The position numbers and the translations under genes were made by a program. Positions 25,533 to 37,538 of a stretch of 64,000 bases of DNA are shown here, one piece after another. Origin of the DNA: Gekko japonicus (taxonomy: Eukaryota). Position 1 is the first letter of the stretch. Every line of letters begins with the position of its first letter. The DNA is taken from positions 343,455 through 407,454 of the forward strand of contig NW_015162518.1 of the NCBI RefSeq assembly GCF_001447785.1, read 5' to 3'. The notes beneath the pieces were generated by a model. That model was not told the DNA's origin. It searched no databases and saw only the letters and a list, made by a program, of their open reading frames with translations.

Positions 25533-27289
25533 TTAGCAACTATCCTTGCATAGTGATAGCTACACACAAGTGGATTCCCCTTGCACTGAAATGTCTTACT
25601 TTCTACACCTCCACTTTAATTCTACCTCAGCTAAGACATTTTCTAAGACAAAATTGAATTGAGTCGGATAGAATTTTCTGCAGCTTTAATTTCCCTCAGT
25701 TCATTTGCATCTCTCTCCTCCCTCCCACTATATTAAACACATTCACATGTGCATTGATAAAATACTGCCCCTCAAATATTACCAACCCACTTATATAGAT
25801 AATTGCATGAGGATTATTTTTGTATAATGTTTTCTGATTTTGTAGGTGCTTATTTTGTCAATTGGAGAAATACTGCATTAGAAGAATCTTGAGACAACTA
25901 ATTATGAGCTTAATGATCACATCAAGATTGCACAAGCCCATTGACAAAACTATAGAGGGGAAAATGTTCCAGTGAATTGAAGGAAATAAAAGCTCAGGCC
26001 AGCTGGCNNNNNNNNNNNNNNNNNNNNNNNNNNNNNNNNNNNNNNNNNNNNNNNNNNNNNNNNNNNNNNNNNNNNNNNNNNNNNNNNNNNNNNNNNNNNN
26101 NNNNNNNNNNNNNNNNNNNNNNNNNNNNNNNNNNNNNNNNNNNNNNNNNNNNNNNNNNNNNNNNNNNNNNNNNNNNNNNNNNNNNNNNNNNNNNNNNNNN
26201 NNNNNNNNNNNNNNNNNNNNNNNNNNNNNNNNNNNATCCAAAGACTAGTTAATTTTGAATGAGAAGCATTTCAGAAGTATCTTTACTGAAATGTACTTGA
26301 GATTTATTTATAAAATAGCCCTGTGATTTATGGAACTATGCCCTCAAGTTATCTGCACTCCTGCAACATGATTGTCATGGAAGCATTCTGCAATTGTCCA
26401 TGCAACAACACAGTACTGCCTGTCCTACCTCGCACAACTCTTAAATGAGATTGCAAGAACATGATTTTGCCCAAACATTTCAAACTGTGGTGTTCCTAGT
26501 TTTCTAGAAAGAATAGCTAAAAGGCTGTCCTAAAAGATAGGGGTCTCATAGGAGGTGCTCCCTCTTAATTCCAATACTGCTCCAGTCACTGGAGGTGGGG
26601 AGAGAGTTCCTCAGAGATCACAATCCCCAAACTTTTTCAAAATGTATTCAATTGCACTTTAAGGTCTAAACAAAGGGTAAGTACAAACTAGGCACATTGT
26701 TTTCACCCTGCTAGAAGCTATCTTTTCTTCCTGAGCTCTAATTTTATTTTATTAATTTTTTTTGTGAAATTGCATATGGGAATGGCTTTATTTGGTCCTT
26801 AACATAATTTTAATTTATGCTAGCCAGAGTCACATACAATGCTGCAGTAGATATAAGTGAATTGCACTGTAGTTATAGGTAGATAACTTCTCTTTTTGCA
26901 TTAAAGAGAGGGCTGGGAATTACTTTGCTATAAAATACCAAATACAATATAATAATCTAATTAAACCATATGAGCATTTGACAAGCCTATATATAACGGA
27001 TATTGCAAAACTACACAGCTTACTGTGTAATGTCAATATAATGTGTAACACTTTTAAGATGGCATTCTCTCTTTTTTTCATAAGAAGGCATTTACTGCAT
27101 ATATGATGACTCTATTACTGCTAAGTCTGCTTATTCAGATCATTTTAAAAATAAACCGTAAAAGAATAATTACAAACAAATATAGACTGTGATTGCTGCT
27201 TATTTCTCCAGATGTACTGGTCTGAATCCCAAGAACTACTTCCACGTGACCGAGGGAACTTTTTGGGCTTGTGTTTCCCAAACAATAAT

Positions 27290-27495
27290 TTCATTTTATT
27301 AATTTGCTTCACGTATAGTCTGTCTTTCTCCCCAATGGGCCTACGTCATTCTCCCCGCCTCGGTTTTATCCTCCCAGCAACTCTGTGAGGTAAGTTAGGC
27401 TGAGAATGTGTGACTGGACCAAGGACATCCATCCGGTTTCCACAGAAGAGTGAGGATTTGAACCTGGGTCTCCCAGAACCTAATCAGACAATTTA
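27290..27495 (-). mobile_element. Older CORE/Squam3-like SINE
   Basis: ttttatcctcccagcaactctgtgaggtaagttaggctgaga..gactggaccaagg..ggatttgaacctgggtctcc. Confidence 0.75.
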
Positions 27496-27541
27496 TCCCC
27501 TACAGTTGTGACTGTGAGGATAAATCTGCATGGGCTGTACT

Positions 27542-28506
27542 CAGGGGTCTTTTGGGGCCAGAGCACGCCGAAGTGTTGCTCCGGCAGCCCAGGAGCCCAC
27601 AGCCCTGCCCATAGCTCCCCGCACTGAAAGTGCTGCAGCTTGGGGTAGGCCAGAGAGCCCCGCCGCCGCATCTCCCGGGCTCACTCAGGAGCACTACGGC
27701 TCGGGGGGTGCCAGGAGAGCCCCGCTTCCATGTACCTCAGGCCCGCGCAGGAGCACTGCGGCTTGGGGATTGCTGGAGAGCCCCGCCACTGCGTTTCCTG
27801 GGCCCGCACAGAAGCGCTGCAGCTTGGGGGAGGCTCAGAGAGCCCCGCCACCAGCTTCCCTGGCCCCCACCGAAGCGGCAAGTAAGGGATCCGCGGAGGT
27901 GGGGTGGCGGGGACGTGATGGGGGAGTGGGAGAGCCTCCCTCCCTCCATCTCTTTTCCATGTTTCCCTCCTTTTCTTTCTCTCTTTCCCATCTCTTCCTT
28001 CCTTCCTTCCTTCCTTCCTTCCTTCCTTCCTTCCTTCCTTCCTCTCTTTTCCGCCTTTCCTTCTCTCTTTCTTTCATTCCTTCCTTTCCTTCTCTCCTTT
28101 TCCTCCTTCTTCCCTTCTCTCTTTCTTTATTTCCTGCCTTCTTCTCTTCTCTTTTTTCCTCCTTTTCCTGTTTCCCTCCTTCCCTTCTCTCTCTTTCCTT
28201 CCCTCCTTCTTTCCTTCTTTCTTTCCCTCTTTCCTTCCTTTTTTCCTTCTCTCTACTCTCTCTCTTTCCTTCCCTCTTTCCTCCTTCTGTGGCCCAACTC
28301 CAGTGAGAAGGGGTTTAAACTTTAAACAGGCCAGCTGGGGAAGGGAAGGGGAGGCTTTTGAAGATGCCTCCCCCCCTTTTGCTTCCCCTTCTGCCATCAC
28401 TTCTGGTAATTTCAGGGGGTGTGGCATATGCTAATAGCCTAATAGCTCATTAGCATACCATATGCTAATGAGCTCCCGCAGCTCTTTTTCTACAAAAAGA
28501 CCCCTG
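27542..28506. mobile_element. hAT MITE (CAGGGG-type TIR) with a GC-rich repeated interior and a long pyrimidine tract
   Basis: TIR caggggtctttt / aaaagacccctg; 8-bp TSD gctgtact / gctgtatt; interior ~58-bp degenerate repeats (gagagccccgcc..gcactgcggcttgggg), a (CCTT)n/TC-rich tract at 27945-28290 and a subterminal ctcattagcata/tatgctaatgag palindrome. Confidence 0.9.
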
Positions 28507-29829
28507 GCTGTATTAATTACAATTGCATTTGGGGGACTCCAAGACTGAACAATCCTTCATCGTTTTTAAAAATCCCTTCCTGTTGATAATTGGTATATCA
28601 GGGGAAAAGGCTAAACTAAAATATATTTCCTAACCTGCTAGTTTTCTAGGTGTACTGAGAGCTAGACCTAAGATGCATACCTTTATCAACAACATTATGA
28701 AATAAACCAACTAAGTTATCTCATACATGAAAAACCATGTTTGTCTATCTTAAAATTTTATTTGGCAAATCAAAGGAAAAGGGTTATATTGGAAATCATA
28801 AAACCCAAATAGAAGCTTGCAGCATTTTTTTTATGGGGCAACTGCCTCTGAGAAGATCTTAAAATAATCATTCCAGCACTTAACTTGTTTGTAATGCAGT
28901 AACAGTAAGGAAATGACTACTTTGAACAACTGTGGCAGTGATGNNNNNNNNNNNNNNNNNNNNNNNNNNNNNNNNNNNNNNNNNNNNNNNNNNNNNNNNN
29001 NNNNNNNNNNNNNNNNNNNNNNNNNNNNNNNNNNNNNNNNNNNNNNNNNNNNNNNNNNNNNNNNNNNNNNNNNNNNNNNNNNNNNNNNNNNNNNNNNNNN
29101 NNNNNNNNNNNNNNNNNNNNNNNNNNNNNNNNNNNNNNNNTGAGGCATTTTAATTTATAGCAACCATTGCTGAATAAAGTGTGTTGGATCTGGCCAGCTT
29201 TCCCATGTGATTACATCAGATGCCCCTCCTCATTACAGGCCCTGTGCTGCATAGCTTTCATGCCCATGGATCCCATAATACCCAGCCTAGGTGGTCAAAA
29301 ATCTCCCCTCCACCCAGTGGAAAAACTGGAAGCATCCAATTCAGTGGGTAAGTTCCAGACTCCCCTTGGGTCTCTTTCCTTTTGCCTTTCCTTTTGTACC
29401 CTTAAAAGCTCATTGATTCACGAATCTTGAGCAGCAGAAAACACTTATTTCATATTTTTAGAGGCAAGGGCTAAAAGGACTGAGACAAATTTCCTCAGGG
29501 TTCCCTATCCCCCAGGAACAACATTTTGTGGAGATCCATGGGCTGCAGTAGGAAGAGAGAGGCAGAAAAGTTCCATTCTGCTATTGGGTAATTTAGTTTG
29601 GATCCAGCCCAGGATTTCCTAATATAATGATCAGGCACTCCTGTATTCTGTGCAGAATCGCTCTCTCTCCCCTCATTCCACCATTTTCCTGTGTTGGCAA
29701 AAGACAGATGGTGTCTAGGGATGCTTTGTCTTTAAAGGTAAGCACAAACCAAAGGGGGGGGGGGGAAGATGAGCTGGGCTGTGGGTCAGCTCCACAGAGC
29801 AATGGTTTAAAAAGAGGGAGAGAGCAACT

Positions 29830-30480
29830 TTCCCAAAGATGTGTGACAGATTTCAGTTGTGTCTGTGTTGATGTTGTGTGATGTCATCTGCTATGGCTTC
29901 CCATTAGCCCTTTGCTACATTCTTCCACAGCTGCCAAGGGATTATCCCCCCCCCCCAACGATGAAATCGACTTTTAGGGGGAAACCTCTAAAGTCAAACA
30001 CCCAAGCAGGCATCTATTCCTCACTCGATGCCAAGGAGCTGTCACTTCTGTGCATAGTTAAATTTGTCACACGGAAAGAAAGTTTCACCATAGTCTATTT
30101 AAATAATTGGGAAGTAGAATCTTTTTTTTTTTCCTTCCGAAGTCCTCCCCCTCCCCTGTACCAAGCAAATGTATCAATCATTTTATTCTCTGGAATAACA
30201 ATTTATTATCCATGCAGGAGGCCTTAGATTCAATCTGTATGGCACTTTGTGTGTCGTGTCAGGTACTCGAATGTGTCATCAGTCTTTATCAAGGAAATCT
30301 TTCTGTTCTTGTCATCTCTTCCTATTAATAAGGCTATTTATTACTTGAGTAATTAATTATGGCAAGGAGGCCGCCATTGACAGAATAAATAAATATTGAT
30401 GAATTGCTCAGTGAATAGCTGTGTGCTCTCTAACTCGTTTAGAAAAATGGAAGGATTATAATAGAAAGCAATTATAAACT
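29830..30480. promoter_or_regulatory. Candidate conserved non-coding element / enhancer
   Basis: Repeat-free block with several TGACA/TGTCA, TAATTAATTA and ATCAAT motifs and retained CpGs. Confidence 0.4.
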
Positions 30481-31769
30481 CGTGGACCACAATCCAAAGA
30501 GCTCAGAAGTAGGTTGGCAGGCCCTCATGCAAAGGTCAGATTTGGAGATAAGCAAATGTTTCTCATTTCTTTCCTTTTGATGTGCACTTATAAGATACCT
30601 TGGGTCCTGTGGAGGGTGGTGGGATAGAAATACATTTGCAGTTCAACATTTTTATTAGGTAACTGTAATGTGATGATAGCAATATTAACATAATACAGTA
30701 TAAGAAAATATAAGCATAAGCAATAATAATTAACCACGAATAGTAGTTAGCTTACAAGATGTGCAACATACTATGGCAACAATGTGGCAGGAATGTTACA
30801 GTAACATGACAATGGCAATATAAATGTATTAAACAAATAAATACAGTATGGATTCATCCAGCTTTTCAACTGGTGAAAAGGAAAGGTGAGAGTCTCTTTT
30901 GACTACCAAAGAGGCTATGCTGGGAATCGTGAGACCTGCTTGGATAGAAGACTTTGGGGATGAAAGCTGTACTTAGAAAGGATTAGGTGAAACTGGGAGG
31001 ATAACTGGGTGGAACTAAGCCAATATTTTGGCTGTCCAGTGTAGATGAATGTGTGAAGTGTGCACATGTGATGCATGTAAATGATACAGCATTCCTTTCT
31101 TCTTTCTGTAAAGAAGTAATGTCACTTTACTCCGCATCTCTCTTCCATATTTGAAAGGGAATATGTCCCTCACTATTATATATGCATGCTGTTTATTACA
31201 TCTGCAACTACAAGATTTAAATGTATTCCAAGCTAATTTGTATTATATAACATGACTTTCGTCTGTGATTGCAGATGGCCACAGAATGAAGCGATCTGAC
31301 ACAGGGGTGGATATTATATGGACTGCAAAAAGCAGCAACTAATGCGCCACTCAGACATGGTGTGGGTAGATACAACAGGCTGCAGAGAACTTGTTCCATG
31401 TACATCTGGCTCCTAGTTTCTGAACAATCATCTGGCCTGTTCAAACTCCTACTTCTCAACAACTTTCAAATGCTTGAGAAGAGCCTGATTGACACTAACT
31501 ATTAGGTCTTTGGGTCATAGATCATAGCACCCTTATGGGTGTTCCTGTCCCAGTCCTTGCAGCCACATTATCCCTGAGATCCTAGTCTTTAAATTGTTAT
31601 CCCCATCTCTGTGCCTTAAAATTGTTAACTAAAACCTAGCAGTGCTTTTAGATTAACTGTTTTACTAGCACTGCAATCACCAATTGTGACCAAGAAATTC
31701 TACAGTGTTGCCTGCCCAACTAGGGCCCTGGTAAGTCCCCACCCAGAACTGTGGGCTTACGTACTGACT

Positions 31770-31925
31770 TATGATGACCCCAGCAAAGGGCTTTCAAGGC
31801 AAGTGAGAAGCAGAGGTTATTTGCCATTGCTTTCCTCTGCAGATCCTTCTTTGGTGGTAACCCATCCAAGTCCTGACCCTGTTTAGTGTCCGATATCTGA
31901 CAAGATTGGGTTATATCATGCCACT
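31770..31925 (-). mobile_element. Degenerate 5S-derived SINE
   Basis: Minus strand ccaatcttgtcagatatcggacactaaacagggtcaggacttggatggg. Confidence 0.65.
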
Positions 31926-32619
31926 TTCCTCCTGGTGCAGATTTAAGTAGGGTTTTTTGGGTGGGGGAGTGAATCAAATCCAGTAAGATTCATGAGATTA
32001 AAAAAAAGTAAATGCTAATTGGCCCTACAAAGTGACCAACTTTTAGACCACTCAATCAGATAGAGAAGGGGGACAAATGCTGTATGTGAGGAAAGAGGCT
32101 GGGATCAGGACCACAAGCCCCTTTTATTGCTGCTGCAAGCTTCATCCTCCCATTGGTCAAATCAAACAAATGCCAGATACGGGGACTCTGTCTTCTGCAG
32201 GCTGTCTGCAAAGCCCACCCCCGCTGCCAACCCATTACAGGAAGGAGTTTTGTCTCATGACAAATACATTGCATACATGGGCATCTATGGTGAAAACACC
32301 CATTTTACTTTTTTTTTAAGCGTTTAAATAGATTTCTTAAAACCAAGGCAATTTACAAACATTAAAACAATTCATGCTATATTAAAAAAAATCCCCATGC
32401 ACATATGCATACATAGAGATGGCACAATATCATCAAAGTTTCGTCCAAGGCAAAAAGCACTTTCCCCGTCCCACTAGGTGAAAATGCTGCCTTTGCATTC
32501 ATACAATTTGTTACTGAGACGTGGCAGTGGTGACCAGAAACATGGGAAGTCAAATATGAATTCCTCCATGCATCACTGAGAACACACTGTCACAGAATGT
32601 TGACATCAATAGTTCGCAC

Positions 32620-32980
32620 ATTAAAGGCCTCAGGTTCAATCCTGGACATTTCAAGGAAGAAGATGTTCCCTTTGTCCTTCCTGAGACCCTAGAGGGAAGG
32701 TGGCATGATATAGTCCAATCTTGTCAAATCTCAGAAGCTAAGTATGGTCAGTGCTTGGAAGGGAAACTGCCAAGCAAGATTCTGCAGAGGAAGACAATAG
32801 CAAACCACCTCTGCTTCTCACTTGCCTTGAAAGCCCCCTTGCTGGGGTTGCCATAAGTCAACTGCAACTTGATGGCACTTTATACACACACAGAGAGCCA
32901 CAACCAGTCAGAGTAAACAATGCTGAAGTAGATGAACCAGTGGTCTGATCTGGTATAAGACAACTTCATATATTCATATT
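32620..32980 (+). mobile_element. tRNA/CR1-tail SINE interrupted by a 5S-SINE (about 32695-32892) with an RTE-like tail
   Basis: Outer element caggttcaatcc..gagaccctagag | agagagcc..ccagtcagagta..gtggtctgatctggtataagacaacttcatat; inner element ccaatcttgtcaaatctcagaagctaag..ggggttgccataagtcaactgcaacttgatggcacttt(ac)n. Confidence 0.7.
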
Positions 32981-33866
32981 TAAATCCACAGAGTTTCACA
33001 AAGGGGCATACATAAAGAGGATTTCATACATCTGAACTTAGCCGTCATAGTAGAAATGGGTAGTAGGTCTCAGGCAAATAGAGCACACAAAATCAAAGAA
33101 AGTCATTGATCACAATCTAAAATAATATTTGTTGTATTTGAGATCACTGATTTATTGGGATTGTAGTCCTACACTCCCAAGTATTGCTGGTCCCCTGCAG
33201 AAAGTCTGGACTGACCAATTAGAAGGCCATTTTACATAAATCTCAAGACTTCAGATTTCAAGTCTGTTAGCATTGCTTTTTGCAATGTAGGTGTCTTGTG
33301 CACTTAGGTGCCTTCTATGATGATCCCAGGACTTTGGAAAACCCAAATCTTGATAGTTCAATTTTCAGGTTGTCACCAAATCCATCCACTGTACCACTGT
33401 TATTTATTGAACATCTATAGTGAACCTAGCATGAGGAAATGCATCATTTACTTTTCTGGACTAATAATGGTAACTTCTTTTCATTAAAGACAGTGATGAA
33501 TCTTTTACATTATTTGCATTGGATTGGCCATATTTTTCTCATAATTTTGTTTACTAGCAGACATTAAGATAGAAAGCTTTCAGAATCATTGGGCAACATA
33601 TAATTAAGAATCAGTCAGACATGTAATTTAATCAGTAGAATAGGAACTCTACAATGGCTACAAGCAAGTTTACAAATGACTTCTGCATCCTTTTTTAAGC
33701 GTTAATTTCTTTTGCAATAAATATTAGTGAAAGCGGAAGCTGACACCAGAAAATGGGCTAATGCAACCCACCTTCCATGGAAGACAGTGGGGAAAAAATC
33801 GCAACGAATTTAGTTCAGCTGGATTATATTCACTTGCCACAAACCAAAGGATGAGGCAATGCTCAT

Positions 33867-34260
33867 TAGGGATGGGAATGAACCATATTTTTGTGGTTTG
33901 GTTTGTGGTTCGTAGCCACAAACCAAACCATGACCCTACATGGACAAATATGCTGGTTTGTGAGCCATTTAAAGTTTAAACCTCTGCTTTCTGCTCCTCA
34001 CAAAAGCAGTGGAGAACAGAAAGCAGGGTTTTAGATGGCTCCAAGCCGTGGCCAGCAGAAAGGAGGAGGTGAAATGCCCCGTGGGAGGGACTTCGCCTCT
34101 TACTTTTTGCTGGCCACAGAGAACTGCTGCCAGCAGGCAAAAGGGGTGAAATGCTCCATGGGAGACACTTCACCCCTTCCTTTCTACTGGCCATGGCTGT
34201 AAACTGCAATAAGCTGCAAAGTGTGATGAGCAGTAGTAGGCTACTTCCTGGGCACATGGT
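33867..34260. mobile_element. TAGGGATGGG-family MITE, right end not resolved
   Basis: tagggatgggaatgaacc.. and gagccatttaaagtttaaacc..gcttt shared with 55741-56290. Confidence 0.6.
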
Positions 34261-35564
34261 AAAGCAGGCCCAAATACAGATTAACTATGCCAGTCATCCC
34301 CAGTTCTGAGTTAACTCTTTTCCTTTCAGATCTTGGCAGCTGATTGAGCCCCTGGAGCACTATTCACTTCATCATAAGGGAGGTTATCAAATAGTCATCC
34401 ACTGATTTAACTGCGGCTAAGCTTCCCAAGTCCTTGCCCTCAGTACCAGTTCCCCACCCACAATAAACTGAGAAGTGGGATAAAACATGACCTTCATAGT
34501 GACACTACAGCCAAAACCTCTGCGTGCATGGCTACAGAGGGAGGGCCTGGAGAGCAACCCCCGGGCAACTCTGAGGTGGGCGGGCCAAGGGGGGCCCTGG
34601 AAGGATCAGGGTGGCATTTAAATGCCTCCCCATACCTTCCCCGGCCTGTCCAAGGGCTGGCTGGTCCGGGCTCCATGCAGCTGCTGGGTGCCCCGGACAA
34701 GTCTAGGGAAGGCAGTTCCCTTCAAGGGGGGAAGACATGGGGTGTGTCCTAATATGCTAATGAGTTTCTGCTGTTGGGTGTTGCCTATTATACTAATGAG
34801 TTCCTGTTGGGCTTTTACCAATATACATTCAAACAACTGGGTGGGGCTGCCAGAGGAAAACAAAGAAGAAAAGGAAAAAGGGGCTGCTCAGCCAAAAAGA
34901 ACACAAAGGGAAACACTGGGAGGGAGGGCAAAACTGTCATTGGGGGAAATAAGTAGTTATTGTCAGTTCAGTCTGGATCCAACCCAGTGGGGCTGACATA
35001 GTGTCCTTAGGTTCCTAGTGTCCTTAGGTAGGGTGATCATGGTTGGTTACTCTAACTGAACTTTGCCTAAGATGGCAGGCTATTTATTGTCAATTTTAGG
35101 TTCCATAAAGAACCTATTTTAACTTACAAAATCAGCTGTGGAAGCAGAGAACACAAACCACTACCAAATATGCCAACATAAAAAGAACATTCACACCTTT
35201 CTGCTCTTCATCTGTGAAGCAGTTTAGTTTGTGTTCACAATCTGAATGGGTGACAGATCTAAAATTCCCCCAAACATGCATCAAATTATAGTTGCCAACT
35301 CTGAGTTAGGAAATACCTGGAAATTTGGGGGGTGGAGCCTGGGGAGGGTGGAGATATCAGCAGGATATAATTCCATAGAGGTCACCTTCCGTAGCAGCCA
35401 TTTTCTTCAGGGCAACTGATCTCTGTTGCCCAGGGATTACTTGTAATTCTAGGGGACAGCCAGGTTTCACCTGGAGGTTGGCAACCCTAAATGATGGTAG
35501 TCTTCCTTCATAATGAAAGCATTCAAACATATAGTATAACTTCATTTTTTAAAAAAAAAAGTTT

Positions 35565-35915
35565 GCCATATTAAGCTTTAATTCCGCCATAAAATTTTTT
35601 GAAGAAAATTATTTGATACTCAGAGGTTATAGGGAATCAATTAGTCTTCTATCACCTGTGTTTTACAAGGAAAAAGAAACTTTGATTTCGGCCGCTATGT
35701 TTTAATAAATACTGCCCTGTAGCCACATCAATATGTCACCCAGTCTCTCTTATTTCATTCGTATTGCTCTTTAATTAACAAGATACAACATAGTTCGAAT
35801 TATGGTTTTAATAATTTATATTGGGCTCATTGTGTTATTAGCTACCAGGCTAAAACCTGAGCCCTTTGGAAACATTAGATATGACTTACAACATTGTAAT
35901 TCATACCCTGAAGCA
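35565..35915. promoter_or_regulatory. Candidate conserved non-coding element / enhancer
   Basis: AT-rich, high-complexity, repeat-free block with ccataaaa, ttaattaa, taataaa, aattatgg and cattgt motifs and retained CpGs (ttcggccgc, ttcgta, ttcgaa). Confidence 0.45.
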
Positions 35916-36104
35916 CTTTCATATAGTTATTTATACATCTGGACAAAATTGAAAACTTCAGAAAATAAAATATGTTATGTTTTCCACATTAAAAAAAAAA
36001 TGTCAAAATAATTAAAGCAGATGGGGGAGAAAACGTCAAATTTTTACTCTCTTCTGTTGGTCATATTTCCAATACAGGAATCACATTGATATTATTTTAC
36101 AGAG

Positions 36105-36106
36105 TT

Positions 36107-36145
<39 letters not shown>

Positions 36146-36692
36146 TCTATCTTTCGACTTACTATCCCGCTCGAACCCCCCAAGGGGTCTCTGAGCAGCT
36201 TACAGTTAATCAATTATCCCTACCTATGGCCACACAGATACTGGGGGTGGGGACAGCCCTACCGGCACCCAGTGGAGGGACTGGTTGATCTTTTCTTCCT
36301 GGGTCGGCTTGTCGGCTCGGCATCTTGGCTTCCAGTTCTTCTTTTTCTGGTGGTCTTTCGGTGGCAGATCAGCAGGGCCCTTCCGTCACGCGGCACGCTC
36401 CGGCACGACTTTGGCTCAGTCCTACAGGCTCCGCCGCGCCTGCACCTTTCACGGTCCCCGCGTCGTCCTGGCTCCGCCTTCCGCCGATGTCTGTTCCACC
36501 ATAGATGTTGTGCTGGGTCGCCATTTTTCGCCACTTGCCGCTTGCTGTTCACCATTCTCTGATGCTCCAGCAACCCCCTCAACGGGGGAGGGTGCCCCCT
36601 ACCATCTAAGGTAGGTACCCATTTATCTACTCGTGCATTTATGTTAATTGTCGCTTTCGAACCGCTGGGTTAGCGGGAGTTGATAAAAGGGC
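36105..36692 (-). mobile_element. Chimeric SINE-like retroposon: Sauria-type 5' domain, CpG-rich body, L2-type tail with (AAAT)n
   Basis: Minus strand ctcccgctaacccagcggttcgaaagc..gtagataaatgggtacc (Sauria domain), ~350 bp of unrelated GC-rich body, then tgtaagctgctcagagacccc..gagcgggatagtaagtcgaa(ataa)n. Confidence 0.75.
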
Positions 36693-36954
36693 AAAAATAT
36701 ATTTGGAAAGACCCCCGTATTAAGAATTGCAAGTGAGTCTGTCTCTTGCGAACAATGCATAGTTAAGTTTTAAATTTACTTTTTTCTCTGTAGCCCATCA
36801 GTTTATGATTCATTGGGGGGAGGAAACTATATCAGATATGGAAGGAAAGTTTTCTTACTTATTAAAAAAAATCAGTTTTAAAATGCACAAAATTCAGTAA
36901 AAAAACAAAGTAGCAGCAATAGAACTCTCAAGCACAACATCATATCCCAGATTA

Positions 36955-37538
36955 GCAAAGTTTGAGTCCAGTGGCACCATAAAGTCAACAAAGCTTTATT
37001 CTGGGTATAAGCTTTTGTGTGCATGCACACAAACTTCTTCAGATACATTGAAACAGAAGTCACCAACCATTACATATAGGTAGAGGGTGATGAGGTTGTT
37101 GCCAGGAAGAGCAAATCTTGATGCATAAGTAAATGAGCAGTAAATATAGCTAAGACTGGATGAAAGCAATTGGTAAAACCTGTGAATAGTAGCAAATTAG
37201 TACACAGCATAATAAAGGCGTTTACAAACAGATGTGAGAACTGAATGACATTGGTTGTGAGATACGAACCCAATATTTCTGTTAAGCCCTGGGGGTTTCA
37301 TTGTCCTGAGTGTTGTAATAAATTGTAGCTCAGCAATCTTAACTCAACATTCTCCCATTCTAGTCTGTTTCTGAAGTTCCTTTGCAATAAAACAGCTACT
37401 TTGAGGTCCCCCACTGAATGTCCTGGAAGGTAGAAGTCTTCTCCTACAGGTTTGTTTTGTGATTCTTGATGTCAGATTTATATCCATTTATATTTTGGCA
37501 TAGGGTTTGACCTGTTTGCCTTATGTAGAGAACTAAAG
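36955..37538 (-). mobile_element. Penelope-like element 3' fragment: GIY-YIG endonuclease C-terminus plus terminal repeat
   Basis: Minus strand translates LYIRQTGQTLCQNINGYKSDIKNHK / KPVGEDFYLPGHSVGDLKVAVLLQRNFRNRLEWE / IAELQFITTLRTMKPPGLNRNIGF with frameshifts, followed by gtatctgaagaag..aaagcttatac. Confidence 0.88.

Noticed and set aside
27530-28427. ORFs of 258, 231 and 117 aa
   Set aside because: They lie in the GC-rich and (CCTT)n low-complexity interior of a hAT MITE; stop-poor composition, no protein motif.
36259-36614. Overlapping 107-158 aa ORFs in the GC-rich SINE body
   Set aside because: Open on both strands because of high GC content; no recognisable domain.
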